A stretch of DNA of 64,000 nt. Source: an uncultured SAR86 cluster bacterium (GTDB lineage Bacteria > Pseudomonadota > Gammaproteobacteria > Magnimaribacterales > D2472). Under the pieces are notes generated by a model. It was given only the letters and a program-made list of their open reading frames with translations. It made no database searches and was not told where the DNA came from. Of the stretch, positions 38,909-48,934 are shown piece by piece (positions within the stretch are counted from its first letter, which is position 1; the number at the start of each line of letters is the position of its first letter). The stretch spans positions 2,024 to 66,023 of the forward strand of contig CACKRJ010000006.1 of assembly GCA_902602595.1 (NCBI GenBank), written 5' to 3'. The position numbers were made by a program, and so were the translations under genes.

Positions 38909-40885
38909 ATGACTAAATTTTTTTACAATGTCGCTATAGCTGTTCCACTTATGCAAACCTTTACCTATCACTCAAATCAGCAGATTATTCCTGGCACTAG
39001 GGTGACTGTTAAATTTGGCAGAACTAATAAGTTGGGCATAGTGACAGAGGTCATCAGTAAGACCAACATTAAAACTAAACCCATTCATATAGTGTTAGAT
39101 GATTTGCCAATTTTTTCTAAAACTGAGCTCAAAATTTTTAAATGGGCGTCTGATTATTATTTGCATCCAATAGGTGAAGTAATTAACTCGTTTTTGCCTA
39201 CAAATCTCAGACAAACAAAGAATACTTTTGAGGCTGAAACTATAGAGGGTAATAAAGAAACCATAGAACACAACTCAGAGTTTCAAACAACTCTCAATTC
39301 TGAACAAATTAAAGCTGTAAAGTTTTTGAATGAATTAAAAGGATTCATGCCAACCCTTTTACATGGAGTAACAGGCTCGGGCAAGACAGAAGTTTACATA
39401 AGATGCATTTATGAACAATTATTAAACAATAAATCGGTCTTGGTTTTAGCTCCTGAAATTGCTTTAACCCCTCAACTGGAAAGCAGGGTTAGAGATCAAT
39501 TTGGAGATTTGATAGGGGTTTACCATTCCAAAATGACATCATCTGCTCGATATAAAACTTGGAAAAAATTTCGTAGTGGTGAGATTAAAGTAATTATTGG
39601 CACGCGCTCTGCTGTAATGATGCCAGCACCAAAGCTTGGACTCATTGTTGTTGATGAAGAGCATGACGCTTCATACAAACAACAAGAAGGCTTTAAATTT
39701 TCTGCAAGAGACATTGCAATTAAAAGAGCACAGATAATAAAAATCCCAATTATCTTAGGTTCGGCCACTCCATCCCTAAGAACACTTAAACTGGTTGAAG
39801 AGAAGAAATTTAAAACTATCAGCTTAACTAAAAGAGTCACCCAACAAAACCCGCCAAAATTTACTATCCTCGATATTAATGATGTGCAGTTAGTTAGCGG
39901 TTTAGCTCCTCAGGCAATAGAGGCCATAAGTCAAACCTTAAAGCAAAAAAAACAAGCCATGATATTTATTAACCGGCGAGGCTTTGCGCCGCAATTTATA
40001 TGTTCTTATTGTGACTGGAAAGCCATGTGTAATAGTTGTGATTCAAGCCTAGTATTTCATCATCAAGCCGCTCGATTGATTTGTCATCGCTGTGATTCAG
40101 CTTTTGGTATACCAACTCACTGTCCAAACTGCTCCAAAGCGCAACTCTCTTTTCTTGGCACAGGCACCGAGCAACTTGAGGAAACATTAAAAGAACTTTT
40201 TCCCAAGATATCTATTCATAGAATGGATCGAGACTCAACAACAAAGGCTGGCTCTTTGGAAACACTACTCTCAGAAATAAATAATTCTGATACAGGCATT
40301 CTGATAGGTACACAAATGTTAATTAAGGGGCATGATTTTCCAAATTTAGAGTTAGTTGTAGCTATCGATATTGATCAAGGCATCACAAGCTTAAACTCAT
40401 CTGCTGTAGAGGAAATGGGGCAGAAACTAATTCAAGTCGCCGGAAGGGCAGGACGTTCAGATGGCAATGCAACCGTCTTGGTTCAATCTAGGTATGTGAA
40501 CGATCAAAATTTATTGCAGTTAAAGAGTGGAAATTATTTAAATTTTGCTAAATCTTTAATGAAGCAACGCCAATTAACCAATCAACCCCCATATATTTTT
40601 GAAGCCACTATCAAAGCCTCATCACCAAAAGCCCAAACCAATATAGAAATGTTGAATCATGCAAAGCAATTTATAGATTCGAGCAAGTGTCTGCTTATTG
40701 GTCCCATTCCAGCTATACAATCTAAGGTTAGAGGCTCTTATAACCATCATTTACTTATTCAAGCTAATACAAGAACCCGTCTAAATAAACTTTTAGCTCA
40801 TTTATCACATTCTCTTTCTAAAGATAAAAACAATATTTCCAAGAAGGTTCGCTGGGGTATCAATGTTGATCCGCTAGAGTTTTAA
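38909..40885 (+). CDS. priA: Primosomal protein N' (replication restart helicase)
   Basis: GVTGSGKTEVY, PEIALTPQ, DEEHD, four CxxC pairs, QVAGRAGR, VDP at C-terminus. Confidence 0.96.
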   Translation: MTKFFYNVAIAVPLMQTFTYHSNQQIIPGTRVTVKFGRTNKLGIVTEVISKTNIKTKPIHIVLDDLPIFSKTELKIFKWASDYYLHPIGEVINSFLPTNLRQTKNTFEAETIEGNKETIEHNSEFQTTLNSEQIKAVKFLNELKGFMPTLLHGVTGSGKTEVYIRCIYEQLLNNKSVLVLAPEIALTPQLESRVRDQFGDLIGVYHSKMTSSARYKTWKKFRSGEIKVIIGTRSAVMMPAPKLGLIVVDEEHDASYKQQEGFKFSARDIAIKRAQIIKIPIILGSATPSLRTLKLVEEKKFKTISLTKRVTQQNPPKFTILDINDVQLVSGLAPQAIEAISQTLKQKKQAMIFINRRGFAPQFICSYCDWKAMCNSCDSSLVFHHQAARLICHRCDSAFGIPTHCPNCSKAQLSFLGTGTEQLEETLKELFPKISIHRMDRDSTTKAGSLETLLSEINNSDTGILIGTQMLIKGHDFPNLELVVAIDIDQGITSLNSSAVEEMGQKLIQVAGRAGRSDGNATVLVQSRYVNDQNLLQLKSGNYLNFAKSLMKQRQLTNQPPYIFEATIKASSPKAQTNIEMLNHAKQFIDSSKCLLIGPIPAIQSKVRGSYNHHLLIQANTRTRLNKLLAHLSHSLSKDKNNISKKVRWGINVDPLEF

Positions 40886-41745
40886 ATATTGAAAGTTTGA
40901 CCTACCAATTCTTCTGATAGGCTCCAAAGCTTGTGTGCTTCTTCAAGATTCTTTGAGTAATTGGATGATTTATGTATTTTTGAATCAACAAAGTATTCAC
41001 CTGTCATCCCATCATTTTGTTTGGTTGCAAGATAGATAATGCTTTCAGCTCCTTTTAATGGTGATCTAAAAAAGGGCCTTAGAATTAATCTTAGGGGTTT
41101 GCTATACCAAGCTTTATTTTGGCTACCAAGTGAAGTATTTACACCTCCTGGGTGGATAGCATTAACTGAAATATTCTCTGTAGATAGTTTAATTGCAAGG
41201 TATCTAGTAAAAAGCAAGTTAGCAAGTTTTGATTGCCCATAGCATCTTAAACCCTGACCAAAATTACTTTTATAATTGATATCTTCCCATTGCATTTTTT
41301 TTACAAATGCATGAGCAGCAGATGAGACATTCACAATCCTTGCCTCATTTTCACCTTTTAATTTTTGGAGAAGCAGATTGGTAAAGAGAAAATATCCAAG
41401 GTGGTTGATTGCAAATGTATTTTCAATGCCCTCACTGGTTTCATGATATGAAGTATTTACAACACCAGCATTGTTGATGAGCACATCAATTTCCCCACAC
41501 AAATCATTAATTTCATCCGCACATTTTTTAATGGAATCTTGTTTTGAAAAATCACAATACACTGAATGAACTTGAGTATCTGGGGATAGGGCTTTAATTT
41601 CAGCAAGAAGCTCGTTAGCAAGATCTTGATTTCGATAGGTAAACAATAGCTGAGGATTTTCTTTAGACAGTTCAATGGCTGCAGCTTTTCCTATACCATT
41701 TGTTGCGCCTGAAATAACAATTGTTTTATTTTTTAGATTCCACAT
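40882..41745 (-). CDS. SDR oxidoreductase (retinol dehydrogenase-like)
   Basis: SGATNGIG, NNAG, NHLG.FL, YGQSKLAN, HPG.V.T. Confidence 0.9.
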   Translation of the reverse strand: MWNLKNKTIVISGATNGIGKAAAIELSKENPQLLFTYRNQDLANELLAEIKALSPDTQVHSVYCDFSKQDSIKKCADEINDLCGEIDVLINNAGVVNTSYHETSEGIENTFAINHLGYFLFTNLLLQKLKGENEARIVNVSSAAHAFVKKMQWEDINYKSNFGQGLRCYGQSKLANLLFTRYLAIKLSTENISVNAIHPGGVNTSLGSQNKAWYSKPLRLILRPFFRSPLKGAESIIYLATKQNDGMTGEYFVDSKIHKSSNYSKNLEEAHKLWSLSEELVGQTFNI

Positions 41746-43022
41746 TAGATATATATTTGAATTACTTGACCAGGATAAATGCTTTTATTTTTTAAGTTAT
41801 TCCAATTGACTATTTCATCAATGGTAACACCAAAACGAATAGCAATTTCTGAGATTACATCGCCTTTTTGGATTTCATAGTCAACAAATTTTGGCAGAGA
41901 TGCCATGAAAGTATTTGGCTTGGGCTTAACTTTAAAATAGTTATGAATCCCCAAAAAAATGCTTCTGGCAATCATTCTCCTGCCTGCCTTGCCCTCCAAC
42001 CTTCTTGCATCATCAGGATTTGTAATAAATCCAGACTCTATAAGGACTGAAGGTATATCAATCGATTTTAATACCCTGAAATCAGCAAACTCTACATTTG
42101 GTTTATGCATCTTTGTATAAGGATCTCTTTTTAATTGTTCTAAAATTTTTTCTGCTAAGATGATGCTGTTATCTATCTTAGCCTCGTATGCTATTTGATA
42201 AAGAGTTCTAGCTGCATCTTCATCAAAATCTCTCACATCCAGTTTACCAATCTTTGATTTGACTTCTGGGCTAGTGGCTAATTTGTTTTTTGAAAGGGTT
42301 GCAGCTGTAATTGAGGAAGCCTCTTCTGACCATACATAAACAGATGCGCCCTTAACTGAGGATAGTCTAAAGCCATCAGCATGAATTGAAACAAATAAAT
42401 CAGCACCAAGTTTTCTTGCATTTTGATATCTATCATCCAAGCCCACATATCGATCATCTGACCTGATCATTACTGGCTTATATCCATAGGTATTTTTAAG
42501 GGTGCGCTCTAATTCCCTCGCAATTAAAAGTGTCACATCTTTTTCTAGAATGTTTTTACCAACTGACCCTGGGTCTCTTCCTCCATGACCTGCATCTATT
42601 GCTACAATAATGTCCCTTAGATTTTTTGAGATTTTTTTATCTCTTTTGATCTCTAGAATTAAATCCACTCGATCCTTGAATTTAACTTGCCAAGGTTTTT
42701 TCCAATACACAGATCCCTTTAAATCAATCACAATTCGTGTAGTACTGCCAACCTCACTAGCTCTGATAAGTTTTATGGGAGAGAGTGATGAGGGTTTAAT
42801 TAGATCATTAAGAGAGACATTTTTTAAATCAATCACAATCCTTGAAGGGTCATCTAGGGCATATGAATTAATTAAAGCAACCTTATCTAAGTTAAATACT
42901 ATTTTTAAGTTTCCAGATTCAAGCTCAGAAATATTACTAAAAGATACTCGATTGGAAGCTTCTACTGTAATAGTACAAATGCAAAGAATTGCAAGAAGAA
43001 ATCTGAATTTATTCATTTTCAT
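41745..43022 (-). CDS. amiB: N-acetylmuramoyl-L-alanine amidase (AMIN + Amidase_3 + LysM)
   Basis: PSRIVID, IDAGHGGRDPG, EK, FVSIHAD, LIESGF, C-terminal LysM; follows tsaE; start approximate. Confidence 0.92.
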   Translation of the reverse strand: MKMNKFRFLLAILCICTITVEASNRVSFSNISELESGNLKIVFNLDKVALINSYALDDPSRIVIDLKNVSLNDLIKPSSLSPIKLIRASEVGSTTRIVIDLKGSVYWKKPWQVKFKDRVDLILEIKRDKKISKNLRDIIVAIDAGHGGRDPGSVGKNILEKDVTLLIARELERTLKNTYGYKPVMIRSDDRYVGLDDRYQNARKLGADLFVSIHADGFRLSSVKGASVYVWSEEASSITAATLSKNKLATSPEVKSKIGKLDVRDFDEDAARTLYQIAYEAKIDNSIILAEKILEQLKRDPYTKMHKPNVEFADFRVLKSIDIPSVLIESGFITNPDDARRLEGKAGRRMIARSIFLGIHNYFKVKPKPNTFMASLPKFVDYEIQKGDVISEIAIRFGVTIDEIVNWNNLKNKSIYPGQVIQIYI

Positions 43023-43479
43023 AATAAGTTTTAATACTGGATTCAATATTAGTATCCTTGCATTCTATTGAGGCATGTCTTGCCTGATTGTTATGCTTCA
43101 GATCGATTATAACGTCCCCATTTCTATCTGTCTGAAGATTTTCTGGCCACTCAATAAAAATAATTTTTGGCATAGCAATCTCTCTATCAAGATTTAATAC
43201 TTCTACATCCTCAATGGAATTTATTCTATATAGATCAATGTGCAATAATAGCCTTCCATCAATTTCATACTCTTCACATAAAGTGTATGAGGGACTGGTC
43301 ACCACATCTCTCCAATTTAAATTTTGTAAAACGCCCCTCACCAAGGTAGTTTTTCCAGCTCCCAAATTACCATTTAAATGAATCTCAAAATTTTTAAAAT
43401 CAAGATTCTTAATAGCGCTTCCAATAGCTGCACCCAAAAGCAATGTATTGGACTCGTTTTTTAATCTTAGTTTAAGCAT
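43009..43479 (-). CDS. tsaE: t6A biosynthesis ATPase TsaE
   Basis: GNLGAGKTT, SPSYTL, HIDLYR, IEW. Confidence 0.95.
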   Translation of the reverse strand: MLKLRLKNESNTLLLGAAIGSAIKNLDFKNFEIHLNGNLGAGKTTLVRGVLQNLNWRDVVTSPSYTLCEEYEIDGRLLLHIDLYRINSIEDVEVLNLDREIAMPKIIFIEWPENLQTDRNGDVIIDLKHNNQARHASIECKDTNIESSIKTYYENE

Positions 43480-43485
43480 TAAATA

Positions 43486-44955
43486 TTAATTCAGGAATTT
43501 TCTTATATAAGGAATCAGCTCGCCAGCAGCTAAACCTATTTTGCCGACATCTTTGGCAAACTCCTTACCAGCCTGAGCATGTATTCCAACGCCCGTTATT
43601 GCAGCATCAATTGGAGCTAATCCCTGAGCCATTAATGACCCAATAACTCCAGAGAGAACATCACCAGAGCCGGCAACAGCTAATTCCGGACCTCCAGAAG
43701 AACATAGATAGACATTATTTTTATCGCAAACAATTGTTCCATTGCCTTTAAGTACGATGATGCAACCATATTTTTTCTGCAATTCTTTTGCCGATTTAAT
43801 TCGATTTTTTTGAACCTCTTTTGCAGTGATCTGCAACATTTCTGCCGCCTCACCAGGATGAGGGGTAAGCACTGTTTGACTGTGAAGTGTTATTTTAGAA
43901 AAAGTTTCATTGGCTAGTAATTTAAGAGCTCCTGCGTCTAACAGGGTAGGGGTTTCATTATCTGTTACAGAGAAAAGAAGCTTGTATAGTATCTGTTCTG
44001 ACCAGTAGTTTTCAAATAAACCAGGACCTGCTACAACTGCATCAGGCCATTCTAAGTTAGCCTCTAGATCTTGAGCATTATCAGCACCAGATACCATTAC
44101 TTCTGGATTTTTTGCAAGGCTTGCAGAGACATGAGATTTTCTAGTCAGCAATCTTACAAGTCCTGCTCCAGTTTTTAGCCCGGACTCTGAGGACATAATG
44201 CCAGCCCCACCAAAACCTTCGTCTCCAGCAATTATCAAAAGCTTGCCATGATCACCCTTATGCGCATTCTGTTTTCTTATTGGGATATTTTTTTTGATAT
44301 CCTCAACAGAGAATTCGTTCACTGCTGGGCTTACATTTTTACTCATACTAAGTCCAAGATCTTTTAAAATTAGCTTGCCACAATAATTTTTACCTTCGTT
44401 AATTCGTTGTCCAAGCTTATAACCAATAAAGGTAATTGTTTTATCTGCATTAAAACATGCTTTAGATATTTCTCCAGTATTAGAGTCAATTCCAGTAGGA
44501 ACATCTATCGCTACTTTAGATTCAAATTTATCACAGATTGATAATATTTTTTCTAGCTTACTACTCAAATCTATTCTTCCTCCTATTCCAAATATTGCAT
44601 CTACTACAATTGTTGAGCTGGGAATATTTTTAAGTGCTTTTGAGCTAACAAATTCTAAATTTTTTGCCTTATTAAATGCATGCTCGCATAAGGGAGATTT
44701 TTTTTTATCGTCCAGCACATCTATAAATTTGACACTTTTTTTTAATTTGCCTAGACCCATGCCTATGAAATATCCATCCCCACCATTATTGCCAGGCCCA
44801 CATAAAATCAAGAAGTCAGAAGATGAGTAAGTTTTATTTAATATCTCAACAGACTGCCTAGCAGCCTCCATCATTGCAAGCAGGTCATCGCCTTTTTTAA
44901 CAAAAGAATTTTTCTCGAAATCTTTAACTTGTTCCGCAGTATAAATACTAATCAC
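43486..44955 (-). CDS. nnr: Bifunctional NAD(P)H-hydrate epimerase/dehydratase
   Basis: CGPGNNGGDG, DAIFG, HKGDHG, LTPHPGE, GSGDVLSG. Confidence 0.95.
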   Translation of the reverse strand: MISIYTAEQVKDFEKNSFVKKGDDLLAMMEAARQSVEILNKTYSSSDFLILCGPGNNGGDGYFIGMGLGKLKKSVKFIDVLDDKKKSPLCEHAFNKAKNLEFVSSKALKNIPSSTIVVDAIFGIGGRIDLSSKLEKILSICDKFESKVAIDVPTGIDSNTGEISKACFNADKTITFIGYKLGQRINEGKNYCGKLILKDLGLSMSKNVSPAVNEFSVEDIKKNIPIRKQNAHKGDHGKLLIIAGDEGFGGAGIMSSESGLKTGAGLVRLLTRKSHVSASLAKNPEVMVSGADNAQDLEANLEWPDAVVAGPGLFENYWSEQILYKLLFSVTDNETPTLLDAGALKLLANETFSKITLHSQTVLTPHPGEAAEMLQITAKEVQKNRIKSAKELQKKYGCIIVLKGNGTIVCDKNNVYLCSSGGPELAVAGSGDVLSGVIGSLMAQGLAPIDAAITGVGIHAQAGKEFAKDVGKIGLAAGELIPYIRKFLN

Positions 44956-46030
44956 TAATAGATAGACTTCCTTCTGCTAATCTATCTGAGTGGTAAGAGC
45001 CAATCCACAAGGATCCATTATGGGGCAGGCCAACCGTTCCAACCCCCATATTGTTGCTCTTAAATTTAAAAGACTCAACCAATGAAAGATCCAACAAAGA
45101 TAGTTTGTTAACTGAAAATGGAAGAGTGCAATTTACAACTTCTCCACACCCTAAAGATTCTGTAACTGAGTGATCATGATTAGTAACCCACGCAAAGCCA
45201 TCTTTAATAATTACATTGTCAGGTGAATTGTGTTTATAGACTCCCAAGGATTTTTTTGAACCTAAGTCAAACAGAACAGTCTTATCCCCAAGGTTATAAT
45301 TTACAATTAGATTATTATTTTTTTGATCTAATGCAATGCCATTTGGAAAAGACCCAGCCGTGTAATTTAATTCCTCGAGCTTATTATCTTGAGTCCATTT
45401 TACAACCATACCTGTATCTGATTTTGCAAATACATTCCACAAGGCTTTGATTAACGAAAAGTCAGATTCAAACATATGAGAGGCATAGAAGTTTCCAGAT
45501 GTATCTAAAGAAACATCATTGAAATAATATTGACCATTCACATCGATACAGCCCCTCCACTCAAGCATCCAGTTATTTTTTTCAAATAACTCAAACATTT
45601 CTATGCTTTCATTGGGATAGTGACTAACAACTGCAAGCTGCAGCTTTCCATCTTTTCTTTGAACTAAATCAATGCCATGTGGACCAAATGGAATATTTGG
45701 ATCTCTGAAACAGTCCTCAGAGCCCCATTCATTTTTGCCAAAAGTTATTTTTGCACTAGTTCTGCTTTTATCATTTAAATTAAAAAAGCTTAATTTGCCA
45801 GATGTCATTTCAACCAATGGCGCCATTCCCCCGAACTCAGCCACAATTAAAAAATTACCATCTGGTGTAAGAGCCAAATCCTCAGGATTCATAAAATCAC
45901 AATAGACCTTTAGCTCTTCATTACTTTTGCACTCATCTAGAGGCTCAATATTGTTGTTATTTCCAAGCCATAAAAATGCAATAAAACTCAATGAAAGCGT
46001 TCCTAGAATAGCTATTGTTCTTTTTTTCAT
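44948..46030 (-). CDS. Paraoxonase/arylesterase-like beta-propeller (SMP-30/PON family), N-terminally anchored
   Basis: NPEDL, FGPHGI, ESIEMFE, FNDV, FPNGI, PDN; start moved to ATG overlapping upstream stop. Confidence 0.8.
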   Translation of the reverse strand: MKKRTIAILGTLSLSFIAFLWLGNNNNIEPLDECKSNEELKVYCDFMNPEDLALTPDGNFLIVAEFGGMAPLVEMTSGKLSFFNLNDKSRTSAKITFGKNEWGSEDCFRDPNIPFGPHGIDLVQRKDGKLQLAVVSHYPNESIEMFELFEKNNWMLEWRGCIDVNGQYYFNDVSLDTSGNFYASHMFESDFSLIKALWNVFAKSDTGMVVKWTQDNKLEELNYTAGSFPNGIALDQKNNNLIVNYNLGDKTVLFDLGSKKSLGVYKHNSPDNVIIKDGFAWVTNHDHSVTESLGCGEVVNCTLPFSVNKLSLLDLSLVESFKFKSNNMGVGTVGLPHNGSLWIGSYHSDRLAEGSLSISD

Positions 46031-46935
46031 TTTTTTTCCTCCCACTCCTGTAAATAACTATTTATAAGAGAGACGAGCTGCAGTGGTGAGTCGAGTGGGA
46101 CATGATGAGCCGCATCTTCAATTACTTCAACAATCATAGTATCTTTAAATGCCTCTCTAATATATTTCATTATTTTTGATTCTAATAATAGACTTTTACC
46201 GCCAGCAACAAAAAGTGCTGGGCACTGAAATTTAAATTCATAATTGTGTAGGCGCCTAAGAGTGGCAAACAGCTTATCATCAAATCGCCATCTCCAGCCC
46301 TCTTCATTATTACAAATTGAGTGTTCCGCAATATATCTAAGATACCAAAAATTTTCACAGTCCTGGGGAGGCATCAGTCTAAACCTTTTGATAATTGAAA
46401 CCTTATCAGGATAGTATTTGATTTTTCTTAGCGGACCAGTGCTTTGATGTTTGTTATAGTCATATGTCGGAGGTCGAATGGGAGAGTCAACCATTATCAA
46501 TCCATTAAATAGTTCTGGCATCTCACTAGCCATAAATCCAGCTACATGTCCGCCAAGTGAATGTCCGATAAGAAAGATTTTTTGATGAGCATTTACTACT
46601 TTTTCTTGATGTAATATTCCCATTAATGCTTCACTGAAGCCTTCAAAGTTATATTCTGCTCTATGATCAGACTCTCCCATTCCAGGTAAATCTGGAGCAA
46701 AAATAGAGCAGTTTTTATTAATGAGTGGAGCTATTGGATCCCACCATCTTTTATGAGCACCAGTTCCATGAATTAAAATAATGATACTCTCGGCATCTTT
46801 CCTATCCCATGCTTGATATTTAATATTGCCAAGTTGATGAGAAAGAATTTCTTGTCTTGGCCTATCAGATATACAAGAATGGAACCAGTTCGGGGCATCT
46901 TTAATATCGGTTTTAAGTGACTCAGTAATTTCCAT
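46027..46935 (-). CDS. Alpha/beta hydrolase
   Basis: HG...H..WW, DLPGMG.S, GHSLGG nucleophile elbow, AAHH. Confidence 0.9.
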   Translation of the reverse strand: MEITESLKTDIKDAPNWFHSCISDRPRQEILSHQLGNIKYQAWDRKDAESIIILIHGTGAHKRWWDPIAPLINKNCSIFAPDLPGMGESDHRAEYNFEGFSEALMGILHQEKVVNAHQKIFLIGHSLGGHVAGFMASEMPELFNGLIMVDSPIRPPTYDYNKHQSTGPLRKIKYYPDKVSIIKRFRLMPPQDCENFWYLRYIAEHSICNNEEGWRWRFDDKLFATLRRLHNYEFKFQCPALFVAGGKSLLLESKIMKYIREAFKDTMIVEVIEDAAHHVPLDSPLQLVSLINSYLQEWEEKK

Positions 46936-46975
46936 TCATGAGTATTCTAAAGGATAATAAAATTCCATACTATCC

Positions 46976-47764
46976 ATGCAAGCAATGACAACAATTATTA
47001 AACCAGCCGCTACGGTAATCTTAATGAGAGATGCAGGAGAAGGTGGATTTGAGATATTGATGGTGAAGCGAAGCAGTAGATCTGCTTTCGGAAGCATATA
47101 TGTTTTTCCAGGTGGTAAATTAGATCCAGAGGATTACTCACCTGCGCTATATTCATATTGCAAAGAAATGACTGATTCAGAGGCATCGAGAAAATTAGGA
47201 ATTAAGAAGGATGGTCTTGCTTATTGGATAGCATGCATAAGAGAGTGCTTTGAAGAGGTAGGAGTGCTATTGACTGGATCCAATGACTCAATAATTCAAG
47301 ATACATTCAAGCTGAATGCCTTAAGGAATAAACTCAACAATAAAGAAATTACTTTTAAAGATATTTGTATCTCTGAGTCATTAAACCTTAGAGCAAAGAA
47401 TATTGTGCCGTGCGCTCATTGGATAACTCCAACCATTGAGCCAAAAAGATTTGATACAAGGTTTTTTCTTGCCAAGGTTGATCTTAAGCAACTCGCAAGT
47501 CATGATGGTTTTGAGTTAACAGAAAGTACCTGGATCAAACCTCAGGATGCTCTTAAAAGATTGGAAAAAGGCGAAATGAATATGATTATTCCAACCATAG
47601 AAAATATTAAAGCTTTGGCTCAATTTTCTTCAAGCAAAGATGCGTTTGATTATTTTGATAGTTTAAAAGACGAAGCAATTCCTCCAATCCTCCCAAAATT
47701 TATTAAAAAAGACGGTGACTGGATTGGTTTTTTACCCGGAGATGAGGGGTATAATGATGTCTAG
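46976..47764 (+). CDS. NUDIX hydrolase (NUDT19-like)
   Basis: PAATVIL, VFPGG, RECFEEVG, HWITP...KRFDTRFF. Confidence 0.88.
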   Translation: MQAMTTIIKPAATVILMRDAGEGGFEILMVKRSSRSAFGSIYVFPGGKLDPEDYSPALYSYCKEMTDSEASRKLGIKKDGLAYWIACIRECFEEVGVLLTGSNDSIIQDTFKLNALRNKLNNKEITFKDICISESLNLRAKNIVPCAHWITPTIEPKRFDTRFFLAKVDLKQLASHDGFELTESTWIKPQDALKRLEKGEMNMIIPTIENIKALAQFSSSKDAFDYFDSLKDEAIPPILPKFIKKDGDWIGFLPGDEGYNDV

Positions 47765-48566
47765 AGACTTTATTCAAAGAGTTACAGCTTCCAACGGAAG
47801 TGTATTCACGGGCCCTGGAACCAATAGCTTTCTAATCGGTCGAAATGATATAACTTTAGTAGATCCAGGGCCAAAAATCGATGCGCATATAGAAAACCTA
47901 GTCAAGCTTGGCGAAGGTAAAATAAAGCGAATTTTAGTTACTCACACACATCGTGATCATTCCCCCGCAGCTAAAGTTTTAGGGGAAATGCTAGGGGTCC
48001 CGTTGATGGGCAGATTGCTCGAAAAAGATGATTCTATGCAAGATAAAACCTTTAAACCAGATCGCATTCTTGAGCACGGAGATTTAATTGAAACAGATGA
48101 ATACACCATAGAAACAATTCATACCCCAGGGCATGCATCAAATCACCTTTGTTATTTAATCCAAGAAGAAAAAGTTATGCTTACCGGAGATCATATAATG
48201 AATGGTTCAACGGTTGTTATTGCTCACCCTGATGGGTCTATGAAAGATTATTTGAGCTCTTTGGCGTTATTACGAGATTATCATTTTAATAAAATAGGAC
48301 CGGGCCATGGTGACTTTTTAGAAGACCCAATGGCTGTGGTTGACTGGATTATTGATCATAGATTAGAAAGGGAAAAAAAAGTTATTGCTAAGTTAAAGAT
48401 GTTTTCGAAAATTACATCTGAGGATTTGGTAGCAAGCGTCTATGATGATGTGGACCCAAAACTTCATCCTATTGCAATCTGGAGTTTAGAAGCCCATTTA
48501 TTCAAGCTTTTTGAAGATGGAATGGTTGCTTATGAGCCAACAGAGAAAATTTGGTCTTTTAAATAG
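47757..48566 (+). CDS. Metallo-beta-lactamase-fold hydrolase (LACTB2-like)
   Basis: FTGPGTN, THTHRDH, HTPGH..NH, GDH, PGHG, AHL.KL; start moved downstream. Confidence 0.88.
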   Translation: MSRDFIQRVTASNGSVFTGPGTNSFLIGRNDITLVDPGPKIDAHIENLVKLGEGKIKRILVTHTHRDHSPAAKVLGEMLGVPLMGRLLEKDDSMQDKTFKPDRILEHGDLIETDEYTIETIHTPGHASNHLCYLIQEEKVMLTGDHIMNGSTVVIAHPDGSMKDYLSSLALLRDYHFNKIGPGHGDFLEDPMAVVDWIIDHRLEREKKVIAKLKMFSKITSEDLVASVYDDVDPKLHPIAIWSLEAHLFKLFEDGMVAYEPTEKIWSFK

Positions 48567-48571
48567 AGTAA

Positions 48572-48934
48572 ATGTTTGCTTTTATCCTGGGTTGCTTATA
48601 TCTAATTTCAGCTTTAGTTACACTATTTTTGATAAAAGAGAAATTTAATATTTTTGGATTTATTTATAATCCAAGCAATAGAAAATTTCTTTTAATTTTT
48701 GACACTCCATTTTTGCTCATAAGCTTTGCAGCAATTATTGAGCAAATGCATTGGTTACTCTTTTTGATATTTTTCATGCACGCGCTTAATTCAATGACGC
48801 TCTTAATGAGACCTCAATTTTTCTATCAATCGAAAGAAGAAATGCAGTTGATGAATGAAGGCTCCCTGAATAATTATTTGGTAATAATGACTTCCTTAGT
48901 AGGTATAGGCTGCTTATTAGTTAGTTATTTTTAA
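48572..48934 (+). CDS. Hypothetical membrane protein
   Basis: About four hydrophobic segments; 5 nt after the MBL gene. Confidence 0.65.
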   Translation: MFAFILGCLYLISALVTLFLIKEKFNIFGFIYNPSNRKFLLIFDTPFLLISFAAIIEQMHWLLFLIFFMHALNSMTLLMRPQFFYQSKEEMQLMNEGSLNNYLVIMTSLVGIGCLLVSYF

